Shown: piece after piece, positions 13,197-25,730 of the stretch
Numbering within the stretch: position 1 is the first letter of the stretch
How the letters are laid out: each line of letters opens with the position of its first letter
Source of the DNA: Piedraia hortae CBS 480.64
Taxonomy: Eukaryota
Direction: 5' to 3'
NCBI GenBank assembly: GCA_010093745.1
Contig: MU006005.1
Coordinates: 5,934 to 69,933, forward strand
Length of the DNA stretch: 64,000 bases
Position numbers and translations under genes: made by a program
Notes under the pieces: model-generated
The model's database searches: none
What the model was told of the DNA's origin: nothing
What the model saw: the letters and a program-made list of their open reading frames with translations, nothing else

Positions 13197-15857
13197 CTAA
13201 CTTGTGCCCAGCTTCGCAGCCAGGGCTGTCAAATTTGTGCGCGCTGAGACGTCTTCTTCCAGGATCTTCCTAAGGTTTTGCAGTTCGTCCCGGCCGATGG
13301 TGGGTTCCGCACTCACAATTTGCATGGCTGTTGGGCAGTTGATGTATTCCCCCAGGATTTCCAGGACGAGCGGCCTGAACCCAGTCTGAATCGGAAGAGG
13401 GGCATAAGCTTGGCGCTGCCCTGCATAGAACTGAGCCTGCTGCGGAACATGCGGCGGGTAAAGTGGTGCGGGAGTCGGGCCAGCAGCCTCGAATGTGCTA
13501 ACCAGACCATGTGCATGCGGAGGCGGGAACATTGCACCAGATCCATGGCCCTTGGGCTGGTGCGGCTGGTGTGAGCCATTCACCTGGCCTTGATGAACAT
13601 TCGGTGGTGAGAACGCGGGCTTCTGTATGGTCATTGGACTGCCAGCCGGGCCTTGGGTTTCAACGCGCATATGATGTGGCAAGGCTCCCGGAGTCTGGAC
13701 TCCATTGGGTTGTCCATCTGGCGTGGGCTGTGAGCGCAAACAGGCACCGACGTTTCTCGGCACCACCATGGTGATCAGTAACACACGCTCTTCCACCGGC
13801 ATTTTGATGGCGTTATGATCAAGCATCTGCACATGAGTGGGCAGTGGACTATTCACCTCGAGAGGGATTACGTAGATATCTCGGATCATGGCCGGCTTGT
13901 CCTTGTTAATGACAGCATATCTGGCGCGCACTTTGAAATAGTCAAATACGCGGTCAAAGAACGCCTTGTCATCAAGCGGCGAGAGAGCCAGGACCGTCAC
14001 ATCACTGGTGTGCGACCACTGTAAGCCTGAGAGATACGTTTCGGCCTTGTCAATGGCGAGGCGGCCGTCTATCTCCATACGGTTTGGGAGAAGCCTATTC
14101 CAGGACACCGAGGGGGAAATATCCTTGCCCGCAACATACCTGGCGTTGACTTTCAGGTCTCCCTCGCTCTGGTGGCCCAGTTTACCGCTCCAAACGACGG
14201 AAGCGTCGCCAATCACCTCGGCAGGCGTGTACTCCTCTTCATCCTCTTCATGGTCTTCCTGCAGCAAACGATCAACGTCGGGATCGTCCTTGGCACCAGC
14301 TGTGGCCTGAGGCTGAGGCTGCGGTTGCGGTTGCACGACCGGCGGTTGCAGGGGCGTCGCAACCGAGGAGCGGCGACGAGGCGGGTGCTGCATCGGCCTC
14401 AGAGGGTTGGCCGGAGTGCGTGCGGTGGGAGAATGGGCCGTGGTCTTGCTCCAGATGGCGCCCAAGTCGAAGCTGGGCTGGACAGATGGGCGTCTCTGAG
14501 CGTCATCCGGCACAGGGTCCTTGGCTGTGTCTTTGGCAGCATCAATGGGCGACGAAGGCTTTTCATGTTCTGCATTCTTTCCCTGTTCTTTGCCTCCCTG
14601 CTCCGCCTGGGCGCCCGCCTCAGTGGCCTCTGCTCGCTCACGGATCGGAGCCCTTTCAGTAGCATAGTCGTTGACAGCCGGCACTTCAGTCTCGACCCTC
14701 TCGTAGCCCTTGTGCGTCTGCTTGTACATTGGGCCGTCGTCTTGCACAGCAATGGCCTGACGATCCAGTTCTTCCTTCAACTTGGCCTGTTGCTTCTGCG
14801 CCTCGGCGCTCAACATGTCCTTGGCCTCCATCACGCTGAGTTCTTTGGGCGAGAGGCTCTCATCCAGCAGACCTTCGACCAACGCCTTATTCTTCTTGAG
14901 ATTGGCATTCAACGTTCGGAATTGGTCCTTATATCTCTCCTCCTTGGGGCCACCGAGGTTTACGCAGCACGCGTATTCCAGCTGGCATCCGTACCGCTCA
15001 CCTAGAGATTTGGCTGTCTCGCCGTCGGGAATACGGAACCCAGACTTGGCACGAGTTTGTACATGGTCTGCAATGATTTTGCTCAAGGCCTCGGCGACCT
15101 TTTTGCGATCAGTTGGCAGCTTGTCGAGGCCTACAGGTTCCACCTTGTCTGCTTCTGGCTCTTTGGGAACCGCCACAGACTTGCGGCGCTTTTCCGGCCG
15201 CTGCTGCTTTTCGGGCGTGACGTCGTCCTCTACAGGCGGCGACGGACTCTTATGCTGGTCGGCTTCAGGCGCGACCGACTTGCGCTTGCGCTTGTTGCAA
15301 ACCTCTGGGATTTCCGGAGGCTCGTCGGAGTCAAGAGCACTGGCAGGAATGTCCCTCATGAGCCACGGCTGTCTAAGGTCTTGGCCGTCCTTGGTCTTCC
15401 TGCGCACTGTACTCATCTTCTTCCAGCCCTTGAACTGATGCGTCCGCGTCTCCCAGATGGGAGTTCCGCGCCGGAGCGCCAGAACCGTCTCTACATGTTC
15501 CTCGGGTCGGCATTTCTCGCACCAGTAATGCTCGGGAGTATCTTCCTCTTCGTCGGTGATGCCCATGCACACGTTGTGCTGCCAAACGAGGCATTGTTCG
15601 CAGCCGATGAAGGCGCGCTTGTCCAGAGGGTTGTCATCGCCACAAATGCAGCGGATGGCGTCCTCTTCGCCCGACGCCTCTGGCTCTGCTGCCTTACTTG
15701 ACTTCTTCGTTGATTTCTTGGTGGATCTTTTGGGAGGCGGCGACGATGATGTTCGATACTGGCCTTTGGTTGCGCGGCCTGAGCGACGCACGTCTGCATT
15801 GACCGTATCAGCCCGCTTGTGCGCTGCTTCCGCCTTGCCGGTTGACTTACCAGCCAT
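13197..15857 (-). CDS. BYE1: Transcription factor Bye1 (PHD - TFIIS central - SPOC)
   Basis: PHD finger (IRCICG...CEQCLVWQHNVCMG...YWCEKC), TFIIS-M-like region and SPOC domain. A probable in-frame 57-nt intron (15850-15794) gives N-terminus MADVRRSGRATKG. Confidence 0.9.
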   Translation of the reverse strand: MAGKSTGKAEAAHKRADTVNADVRRSGRATKGQYRTSSSPPPKRSTKKSTKKSSKAAEPEASGEEDAIRCICGDDNPLDKRAFIGCEQCLVWQHNVCMGITDEEEDTPEHYWCEKCRPEEHVETVLALRRGTPIWETRTHQFKGWKKMSTVRRKTKDGQDLRQPWLMRDIPASALDSDEPPEIPEVCNKRKRKSVAPEADQHKSPSPPVEDDVTPEKQQRPEKRRKSVAVPKEPEADKVEPVGLDKLPTDRKKVAEALSKIIADHVQTRAKSGFRIPDGETAKSLGERYGCQLEYACCVNLGGPKEERYKDQFRTLNANLKKNKALVEGLLDESLSPKELSVMEAKDMLSAEAQKQQAKLKEELDRQAIAVQDDGPMYKQTHKGYERVETEVPAVNDYATERAPIRERAEATEAGAQAEQGGKEQGKNAEHEKPSSPIDAAKDTAKDPVPDDAQRRPSVQPSFDLGAIWSKTTAHSPTARTPANPLRPMQHPPRRRSSVATPLQPPVVQPQPQPQPQATAGAKDDPDVDRLLQEDHEEDEEEYTPAEVIGDASVVWSGKLGHQSEGDLKVNARYVAGKDISPSVSWNRLLPNRMEIDGRLAIDKAETYLSGLQWSHTSDVTVLALSPLDDKAFFDRVFDYFKVRARYAVINKDKPAMIRDIYVIPLEVNSPLPTHVQMLDHNAIKMPVEERVLLITMVVPRNVGACLRSQPTPDGQPNGVQTPGALPHHMRVETQGPAGSPMTIQKPAFSPPNVHQGQVNGSHQPHQPKGHGSGAMFPPPHAHGLVSTFEAAGPTPAPLYPPHVPQQAQFYAGQRQAYAPLPIQTGFRPLVLEILGEYINCPTAMQIVSAEPTIGRDELQNLRKILEEDVSARTNLTALAAKLGTS

Positions 15858-16890
15858 GCCGTCGTCACGAACGCTTTGCTAGCGATATGGGCAGAGAACA
15901 CGACTTCAATCTATGCTATAAACGCGCAGTAAACATCTACGGGCAACTTCAACAGTGACGCGTCTGCAACGAGTCCGTTGAGCGGGGCAGGTGCCTTCAA
16001 CGGGAGCCAAACGCGTGCACTACGTCAGTCGACACGTTAGAGGGGAAACAACCCTGTGTGGCGCTCTCGCACACTTCGGAAGCTGCAACGGGCTCGCGAG
16101 ATAAACGATCGCAGGACGATGCGACACTAAGCGGCTGATCGCACTCCACACCCGTTTAGTCGCGATGGTTCGCCTTCTGCTATACTATCTCTCCGCCGTG
16201 TTGGTTGTCAATGCTTGAGGTTTCGCAGACGATGCGCAGTGTTGTTGATAAGGTGGAAAGTCCAGCGCCAAGTTCCAAAAGGTGGGGTGGGGGGATCTAA
16301 TGCCTGAGGCAATCAGCGGAACTCGTCCGACGCTAAGAGGTGATGGAACGTTTTCCGCTGCCAACGTTTGGTGACGCCATCCAATCAGGTGGCGTCACCT
16401 TCATCCGGTAGCTTGTCCCTGTAAATGTGACGAATGACGGTCAAGATTGATGTTTTCTCAATACAAGTTTGAGTGATTATCGCAAAGAGAGCCCAAATTT
16501 GTACGCCATGCAGTTGCTTGTTAGTCAGACACGATTCTGCAGACGACAAACACTTCTGAATGCAAGTCCGCAGCTACTAGCTATAATATACCATCCAGCC
16601 AATCAAACTGTTTGCCATTATCTGGTGCCAATCTCTCCTTCCTTGTACAGTCTAGTGTCTTTCCCCTGGTTCTCCGCACTAAAGACGCATTTCTCCAAAC
16701 TCTGGTCTGTGGATGCTTCAGAGAATAGAGATTACCTTTGTTAAAATGCTCTGAATCAAAGCCCATCAGATATGGATACTTGACCAGCATGGATCGATCT
16801 TCGGCAAACGATTTCACATGAGCAGGCCACAACCGAGGCAGCAGCCAGCCTTGCTTTGAATATAGTACACGGTAACCCGTTGCTCATGTC

Positions 16891-19047
16891 ATGGCAGATG
16901 AACAGCAAGAGACGATTCGCCAAACACCCAGTCCGCTCCCGGCATTGTCTACGGCCCATCCGCTCAGTGCCGATCAATGGCGCGTTCTGTGCGCAATCGC
17001 CGATACAGTCCTACCCTCTCTTCCCGCTCCATCTGGTAGCGATGCCATAGCGAAACGGTATTGGGCCGAAAAAGCGACATCTAGTCCTGAATTTGTTGAT
17101 AGTTTGACCCGTTTGCTCAATCATCAGCTGAATCGCCAGGCAAAGAGAGACTTGATACTCATTCTCAGCACACTCAACACGCGGGCTGGTGCTCTCTTTC
17201 TGACTGGCCATGTCACTCCTATCGATCGACTCTCGTTAGCTACGCGTGAAAAGATACTGCAATCATGGGCCTCTGCGCGTCTACCTGCTTTTCGCGCCTT
17301 GCACTGCTCGCTGACTTCGCTGGGTCGGCTGACATGGCTACGAACCTCGTCTGCCCTGGGTCCAGCTTTGGGATATCCACGTACACCCGTGCATGACCCA
17401 CGACCAAAGGAGACTTTTGATTTTGAATTCCACAAATTCGAGTCGGGCATAACACCAGCTGAGCTCGAGACTGACGTCGTAATCGTTGGCAGCGGCTGCG
17501 GAGGTGCTGTAGCGGCCAAAACGCTGGCTGAGGCTGGTTTGCGTGTTATCGTTGTCGATCAATCTTATCATTGGACACCAGATCACCTGCCCATGAACGA
17601 ACAGGAGGGTGTAGGTCATCTTTTCCTCAACGGTGGTGTGCTGTCTTCGGACGACAACAGCATAGCCATGTTTGCGGGCTCTGCCTGGGGTGGTGGCGGC
17701 ACTGTCAACTGGAGCGCATCGTTACAGACTCAAGGCTATGTGAGACGTGAATGGGCTGGTTACGGACTGTCACGCTTCACGGATCCTGATTTTCAAGCAG
17801 ACATGGATGCGGTTTGTGCACGAATGGGTGCGGGGCTGGAAGCAGTCGAGCACAACTATGGGAACCGTGTGCTACTAGAAGGCGCCCGTAGGCTCGGTTG
17901 GACTGCGAAGCCAGTGCCGCAGAATACTGGCGGAGCTGTCCACAATTGTGGGTATTGCACTCTTGGATGTGGCAGCGGCGGCAAGAAAGGCCCAACAGAA
18001 ACTTTTCTACCCGACGCTGCCCGTCAGGGAGCCATATTCATCGAGGGCTTTGAAGTGGACCGTATTCTCTTCGATAGGCACCGGCGACGTGGTGATCGCA
18101 TAGCATCCGGTATTCAAGGCATGTGGACCGGGCGTGATGCTTCTGGTGGTGTCTCTGCACCAGATCGTCCACGCAGACCTGTGACCATTAGATCACACTA
18201 CGTCGTTGCATCCGCAGGGTCTTTGTCTACGCCACCTCTGCTATTGCGTTCAGGTCTAACTAATCCTCATATCGGACGGCACCTCCGTCTGCATCCCGTG
18301 AGCTTCTGCGCTGCTGTCTGGGACGAAGATGTACGTCCATGGGAAGGATCTATCCTCACCTCTGTCGTCTCTGAGTTTGAAAACTTGGACGGCTCTGGCC
18401 ACGGTACGAAGCTAGAAGCTACCAACATGTTACCAAGCATTTTCTTGCCCATCTTCCCATGGCATGATGGGGCACAGTGGAAAGAATTCTGTCTCAAGAT
18501 GCGACACATGACGGGATATATCAGCCTTGTGCGTGATCGCAATGGTGGTCGTGTCTATGTCGACCCAGTCGATGGTCGCACTCGCATTCAATATAATCCC
18601 GGCGCGCTCGATAGATCTCACGTTTTGGAAGGCATTGCACGGTTGGCGGAGCTGCTCTACGTTGAAGGTGCCCGTGAAATTCACACCACAATCGCAACGC
18701 TCGAGCCTTTTGTTCGACCGACTGGCGCTGTTGGCACACCATCCACCAACGACGCTGACTTCCAAGCATGGCTTGCAAAGTTGCGAAGTATGGGTTTCCC
18801 ATCTCCAGGTGCTCCATTCGCTTCGGCACATCAGATGGGTTCATGCCGAATGGGCATATCCCCTTCCAACAGCGTGGTGGATCCACGTGGACGAGTATGG
18901 GGCTGTCAAGGTCTCTATATCTGCGACGCCAGTGCTTTTCCTTCAGCCAGCGGTGTCAACCCTATGATCACTAATATGGGCATGAGTCGTGGCACGGCTC
19001 GTGGGATTGCTGAAGATTTTTTCCGAGCAACGAAAGGGAAGTTGTAG
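16891..19047 (+). CDS. FAO1: Long-chain fatty alcohol oxidase (GMC oxidoreductase)
   Basis: DVVIVGSGCGGAV FAD site, GGGGTVNWSA, CGYCTLGC, SAHQMGSCRMG and FPSASGVNPM. Confidence 0.92.
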   Translation: MADEQQETIRQTPSPLPALSTAHPLSADQWRVLCAIADTVLPSLPAPSGSDAIAKRYWAEKATSSPEFVDSLTRLLNHQLNRQAKRDLILILSTLNTRAGALFLTGHVTPIDRLSLATREKILQSWASARLPAFRALHCSLTSLGRLTWLRTSSALGPALGYPRTPVHDPRPKETFDFEFHKFESGITPAELETDVVIVGSGCGGAVAAKTLAEAGLRVIVVDQSYHWTPDHLPMNEQEGVGHLFLNGGVLSSDDNSIAMFAGSAWGGGGTVNWSASLQTQGYVRREWAGYGLSRFTDPDFQADMDAVCARMGAGLEAVEHNYGNRVLLEGARRLGWTAKPVPQNTGGAVHNCGYCTLGCGSGGKKGPTETFLPDAARQGAIFIEGFEVDRILFDRHRRRGDRIASGIQGMWTGRDASGGVSAPDRPRRPVTIRSHYVVASAGSLSTPPLLLRSGLTNPHIGRHLRLHPVSFCAAVWDEDVRPWEGSILTSVVSEFENLDGSGHGTKLEATNMLPSIFLPIFPWHDGAQWKEFCLKMRHMTGYISLVRDRNGGRVYVDPVDGRTRIQYNPGALDRSHVLEGIARLAELLYVEGAREIHTTIATLEPFVRPTGAVGTPSTNDADFQAWLAKLRSMGFPSPGAPFASAHQMGSCRMGISPSNSVVDPRGRVWGCQGLYICDASAFPSASGVNPMITNMGMSRGTARGIAEDFFRATKGKL

Positions 19048-19204
19048 TATATATCTGCGTATACTTGCTGTTATGAGACTATGAGACTCTTTTTCTAGGT
19101 GGGCCCATTATCAGACGACTTTTCACGTACTCTTTTGGACTAGCGCGTCTGGCAAGCATGCAATCCGACTTTGACAGCTTCTAAACAGGCAAAAGGTTGG
19201 CTAA

Positions 19205-21428
<2,224 letters not shown>

Positions 21429-21534
21429 GTTTAAAGTTTAAAGTTTTCTCGGCATTGATATAAATTGGTCATGTTCTTGCCTTTCGTGAGATCTATCTCG
21501 CTTCACCATCTTCACATCTTCTCTTCTAACCCTT

Positions 21535-22270
21535 GTGTATATTTTCAGTGACGGATGCATAACCGGTGGCATCAAGTTCCCATTCCATAAGTTGTGTGCT
21601 TCAATGTTTCACATTCCACTCCATGGGACCAGTTTTGCGTTCCAGATAGATGGTAAGGTAGATGCATCATTCTTCTTGACCAAATCGTGTCTACATATCA
21701 AGATGTCTACTGCAAGCATCAAAGAATTTGAAAGTGGAGTTCCATGAAACGCTTAGTGGCTGTACCTCTCACATACATCGAAATTGTTGGTGTGGTGGGC
21801 TGTGCGAGTCTCTCGACTGCGTGCCAAGAAGTGTGAACTCCTGACTCAAGACTGTTGCGTTTCCCAGTACACGGATCTGCTGCTCAGACACGCACCGTTT
21901 TCCAAAATGTCAAGACTTTCCCAGAGCGATGCATTATTCTGGAACGCAAGACCTTGCAATGGGGATTTTGTTGACTTTTTCGATGATATGCTTTTTCCTA
22001 ATATGCTGAGCAGGTTGTGTCTTCATGTTTTGAGGAGGTACGCACGTGCGTCGAATGACGAGGATAAATTTACTGGGATCGTGTACGAATTATATAGATT
22101 CAGTGCGATGTCAGGTAGGTTACTCTGAGTATTCGACTTTGAAAATGGTTTCCAACGACAAGATCGGAATATGCGGGTTTTCACAGGAAATATGAACTTG
22201 CTGCCGCACATTCTACGAACTCATCGGAACATCCTATGGTTGAGAAGATCTCTACGCAGTCACGATCATT
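21535..22270 (+). pseudogene. Possible decayed ORF of unknown family
   Basis: ORFs 21535-21747 and 21784-22128 are in the same frame, which continues protein-like past a few stops. No homology recognised. Confidence 0.25.
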
Positions 22271-22404
22271 GTAGCTAAAACCGCAGCTGCAATCTCAGAT
22301 ATCAAATCCTCATCACATCATTAGTCCCCACCACGCGGGGTCCCCCCCATTTCCCATTTCCCATTCCCCCACCTTCCTCCCCCCTCCCCCCTCCTCTTCC
22401 AAAA

Positions 22405-23472
22405 ATGCTACCCTACACCCACGAACTCCGCATTGCCCTCCTCGCCGTCCAGCGAGCGACAATCCTAACCCGGAGTGTCTTTCACCGTAACGCAAAGGGC
22501 ACGTTGGACAAATCCGACGCCTCGCCCGTCACAATCGGCGATTTCGGCGCACAAGCACTCATCATCTCTGCTTTGCGGAAGAATTTTCCGGGTGATAAGA
22601 TTGTCGCGGAGGAGGAGGCGAAAGATCTTCGCGAGAATGGGAAGCTTAAGGAGTTGGTGTTTGGGTTGGTGAAGGAGTCGAGGTTAAAGGATGGGGAGGG
22701 AGAGAGAGAACTAGGCGGGGGGATTGCGGATGAGGAGAGTATGCTTAAATTGATTGATGAGGGGGGGTATGAAGGTTCTGGGAAAGGGAGGTTTTGGGCG
22801 ATTGATCCGATTGATGGGACTAAAGGGTTCTTACGTGGAGGGCAGTATGCGGTGTGTTTGGCGCTTGTGGTTGATGGGGAGGTGGCGGTGGGTGTGTTGG
22901 GTTGCCCGAATCTGCCGGTTTCGGACTCGGAGCCGCTGACTGAGGGTATTGGTGCTAATGCGAGTGATGAGGAGGGGAGGTTTGGAGTACTGTTTTCGGC
23001 TGTCACCGGCCAGGGAGCGCAGAGTCGTCCGCTTACCCAAGGGGAGCTTAAGGAGGGTCACACGATCAAGATGCGACCGGTGAATAAACTCCCCGAGGCG
23101 ACGTTTTGTGAATCCGTCGAGGCGGGTCACTCGTCCCAGTCGGATTCTGCGCGTATTGCGGAGAAATTGGGGATTACGAATCCATCGGTTAGAATGGACT
23201 CGCAGGCAAAGTACGGTTCAATTGCCCGTGGAGCGGGAGATTTATACCTCCGGCTCCCGGTGAGGAAGGACTATATAGAGAAGATTTGGGATCACGCGGC
23301 TGGTGACTTGATTGTGCGAGAAGCGGGCGGAGAGGTCACTGACGTAGACGGAAAGAGGCTCGATTTCTCCCGTGGACGGACGCTACTCCATAATAAGGGC
23401 GTCGTGGCCGCTCCAAAGAGTGTACATGCAGAGGTTGTCAAGGTGGTAGAAGAGGTTCTGGGGTTGAAATGA
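22405..23472 (+). CDS. MET22: 3'(2'),5'-bisphosphate nucleotidase
   Basis: SPVTIGDFGAQA, WAIDPIDGTKGFLRGGQYAV, MDSQAKY and EKIWDHAAG. Confidence 0.96.
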   Translation: MLPYTHELRIALLAVQRATILTRSVFHRNAKGTLDKSDASPVTIGDFGAQALIISALRKNFPGDKIVAEEEAKDLRENGKLKELVFGLVKESRLKDGEGERELGGGIADEESMLKLIDEGGYEGSGKGRFWAIDPIDGTKGFLRGGQYAVCLALVVDGEVAVGVLGCPNLPVSDSEPLTEGIGANASDEEGRFGVLFSAVTGQGAQSRPLTQGELKEGHTIKMRPVNKLPEATFCESVEAGHSSQSDSARIAEKLGITNPSVRMDSQAKYGSIARGAGDLYLRLPVRKDYIEKIWDHAAGDLIVREAGGEVTDVDGKRLDFSRGRTLLHNKGVVAAPKSVHAEVVKVVEEVLGLK

Positions 23473-23515
23473 TCGTTATGCTTTACATGATAGACAGTGA
23501 AAACACACATCTAAG

Positions 23516-25639
23516 CTACAGTTCGATGAGACTTTCTTCTTTCTGGTGCTTTGGTAATTCTACGGGTTGTTGTTGTTGTTGTTGTTGTTGTTGACTTCCG
23601 GCTGTGTCCACTGGCTGCTGTCCACGAGGGTAGAGAGCCGGGTAGGATCCAGAGGAGGTATGCTTTTGGAGTGGACGAACCTCTGGACTCGACGGCCCTC
23701 TGCCGGTGTAAAAGTCCTCGGGGTCGGCATAATTTGTGGATGGCGGTGGCTGTGAAGAGGGCATTACCGCAGGCTGTGTGCCTGTATAGTAAGCTTCCGC
23801 ACCGGCATAGTGTGAAGGACTTTGGTGATGATTAGATATGGACTGAGGTGCAGAATAGTATGATGCATCGGGATCTTGTGCAGGTGGCATCGGAGCAGAG
23901 TGGCTGCTGCTCGTGTGGGACAGGGGATACTGCGAAGTGCGGTTTATTGAAGAATCTGTAACGGGTGGGAGTTCCTTGGGGGTGTTTTGCTGGGGATAAG
24001 GCGTGTATTGTGGTTGCTGATGGTATTGTGGCTGCTGATGATATTGTGGCTGCTGACGATGTTGTGGCTGCTGAGGGTATTGCGGTTGCCGAGAGTATTG
24101 ACGTTGCTGTGGGTACTGTGGCTGTTGCTGCAAAGCGTAAAACGACTCTGCTGGGGCCCCAGAGCTACCGGTAGAAGGCATCCTTTGCGGAGCCGGCGGC
24201 TCACTGGGATATGGAGCGGAATAGTAGTTGGATGGGTAGGGGGCGTGCTGGGGAGAAGTGGGATATTGAGAAGGGGCAGCGTAATGAGCATTGTAGCTCT
24301 CTGGAGCACTGTAGTAATCCTCTGGGGCTCCATACATGGACGGAGCTGGCGGAGAAGCCAGACTGGGATATCTATTGCCATCAGGCTGGGAATAGCGGTT
24401 CGACGGATACGCGTTTGCCATTCGATCTTCCAGCATCTGGTCATAGTACCGCACCACCATGGCCATTTTATTGTGGAGATCAAGCAGTCTATCGTGTTTA
24501 CTCATCGTCTCGCCGTACCCACGAGCCAGTTTAGGCCGTAATGAGCCAATGCTCTCATACAGTTCTTGGATTTGGGGCTCACGCAGGATAGTCCCTGGTG
24601 GCTGATGCTGCAGACGGTCAACGAGAGCGGCAAAGAGGTTGATATTCTCCGCCTCTACTGGAGTGAGTTCGTAGTTTGGTTTCGGAGCTACCGGCGTCTG
24701 CCGCTTCTTCTGCTCCTCCATATCCCTCAGACTGGCCTCGATTCCTGCCTTGAGGACGGCATCGTCTTCTTCTTGAGAGTGTACAGCCGCTGGAGGAACG
24801 TAGCCCGATTGTTGGCGGCTCTCCTGAAGACTCATGTCCAATGCCCGCTTTAAATCAGCATCGAACCTATCGTCTGATAAGGCACTCTGCGGCTGGGACT
24901 GGGGCTCTGGCTGCCGGTCAATGCCGCTCTCCTGCCACAGCGTTGGTTTGCCGCCGGATGCCACTGCATTCTTGGACTGTAGCTTGGCGTAGCAACCGTC
25001 GTCGACTCTGACAGGAGCGGAGATGCCCAGATGCGTCAGCGGCAGCGACTTGGAGGAACAGGACCCGCAGAACACGTTTCCACAGTTCCGACAGTGGTGT
25101 TTGCGGTTTGTAAAGGTGAATTTATCGCGACAGCGCATACAGACGTCGCTGTCGGCCCAGTCGGGCGGAGCGGAGGAGTCGTACATGGAGCTGGCGACGT
25201 CGCGGCGGGGCGGAAAGTTGTAGCCCTCGTGCTGCAGAGTGAGGTATGTGTTTGCAATGTACGCCAGGTTGTCCCTGCCAGAAGCCACAGTCGCCCAGCT
25301 CTGTACCAGTTCCAGGATGCGCGTCTGCACCTGCGGGTCGCCGTGGAGCTGGCCAACGAGGGCGTCCATGAACTCGCGGCTGGCGATTTCTTGCAGAAAA
25401 TGGCCGCCGCCATTCTTGACACATGTATCCGTCAGCGTCAGGGCCGACAGCTGCGTGTTGGGATTGGTGTGGACGATTCGCTTCTTGAGGCTTCGCATCG
25501 CATCTCGCGGCGCGACGGAGCGGGATCTGATGACATCGCTGATTTCGAGGTTCAGCGCAATGTCTTCCAGCGATGAAGCCGTGGCCCGCACAATCTGCGC
25601 GTCCAACTCGCTCGCCGTCGAACCTCCGAACCAGGCCAT
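23516..25639 (-). CDS. VPS27: ESCRT-0 subunit Vps27 (VHS-FYVE-UIM-GAT)
   Basis: VHS domain, FYVE ([23 protein letters not shown]), two UIMs ([29 protein letters not shown]), GAT region and terminal LIEL clathrin box. (CAA)n poly-Gln near the 3' end. Confidence 0.96.
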   Translation of the reverse strand: MAWFGGSTASELDAQIVRATASSLEDIALNLEISDVIRSRSVAPRDAMRSLKKRIVHTNPNTQLSALTLTDTCVKNGGGHFLQEIASREFMDALVGQLHGDPQVQTRILELVQSWATVASGRDNLAYIANTYLTLQHEGYNFPPRRDVASSMYDSSAPPDWADSDVCMRCRDKFTFTNRKHHCRNCGNVFCGSCSSKSLPLTHLGISAPVRVDDGCYAKLQSKNAVASGGKPTLWQESGIDRQPEPQSQPQSALSDDRFDADLKRALDMSLQESRQQSGYVPPAAVHSQEEDDAVLKAGIEASLRDMEEQKKRQTPVAPKPNYELTPVEAENINLFAALVDRLQHQPPGTILREPQIQELYESIGSLRPKLARGYGETMSKHDRLLDLHNKMAMVVRYYDQMLEDRMANAYPSNRYSQPDGNRYPSLASPPAPSMYGAPEDYYSAPESYNAHYAAPSQYPTSPQHAPYPSNYYSAPYPSEPPAPQRMPSTGSSGAPAESFYALQQQPQYPQQRQYSRQPQYPQQPQHRQQPQYHQQPQYHQQPQYTPYPQQNTPKELPPVTDSSINRTSQYPLSHTSSSHSAPMPPAQDPDASYYSAPQSISNHHQSPSHYAGAEAYYTGTQPAVMPSSQPPPSTNYADPEDFYTGRGPSSPEVRPLQKHTSSGSYPALYPRGQQPVDTAGSQQQQQQQQQPVELPKHQKEESLIEL

Positions 25640-25730
25640 GGTGTGGGTGAGTGTCGATTGCTGATATCATCGCAATTTGATGGATGCTACCCCGCAATTT
25701 GATTAACACCCCGCTTGACCGCACGCGTCA

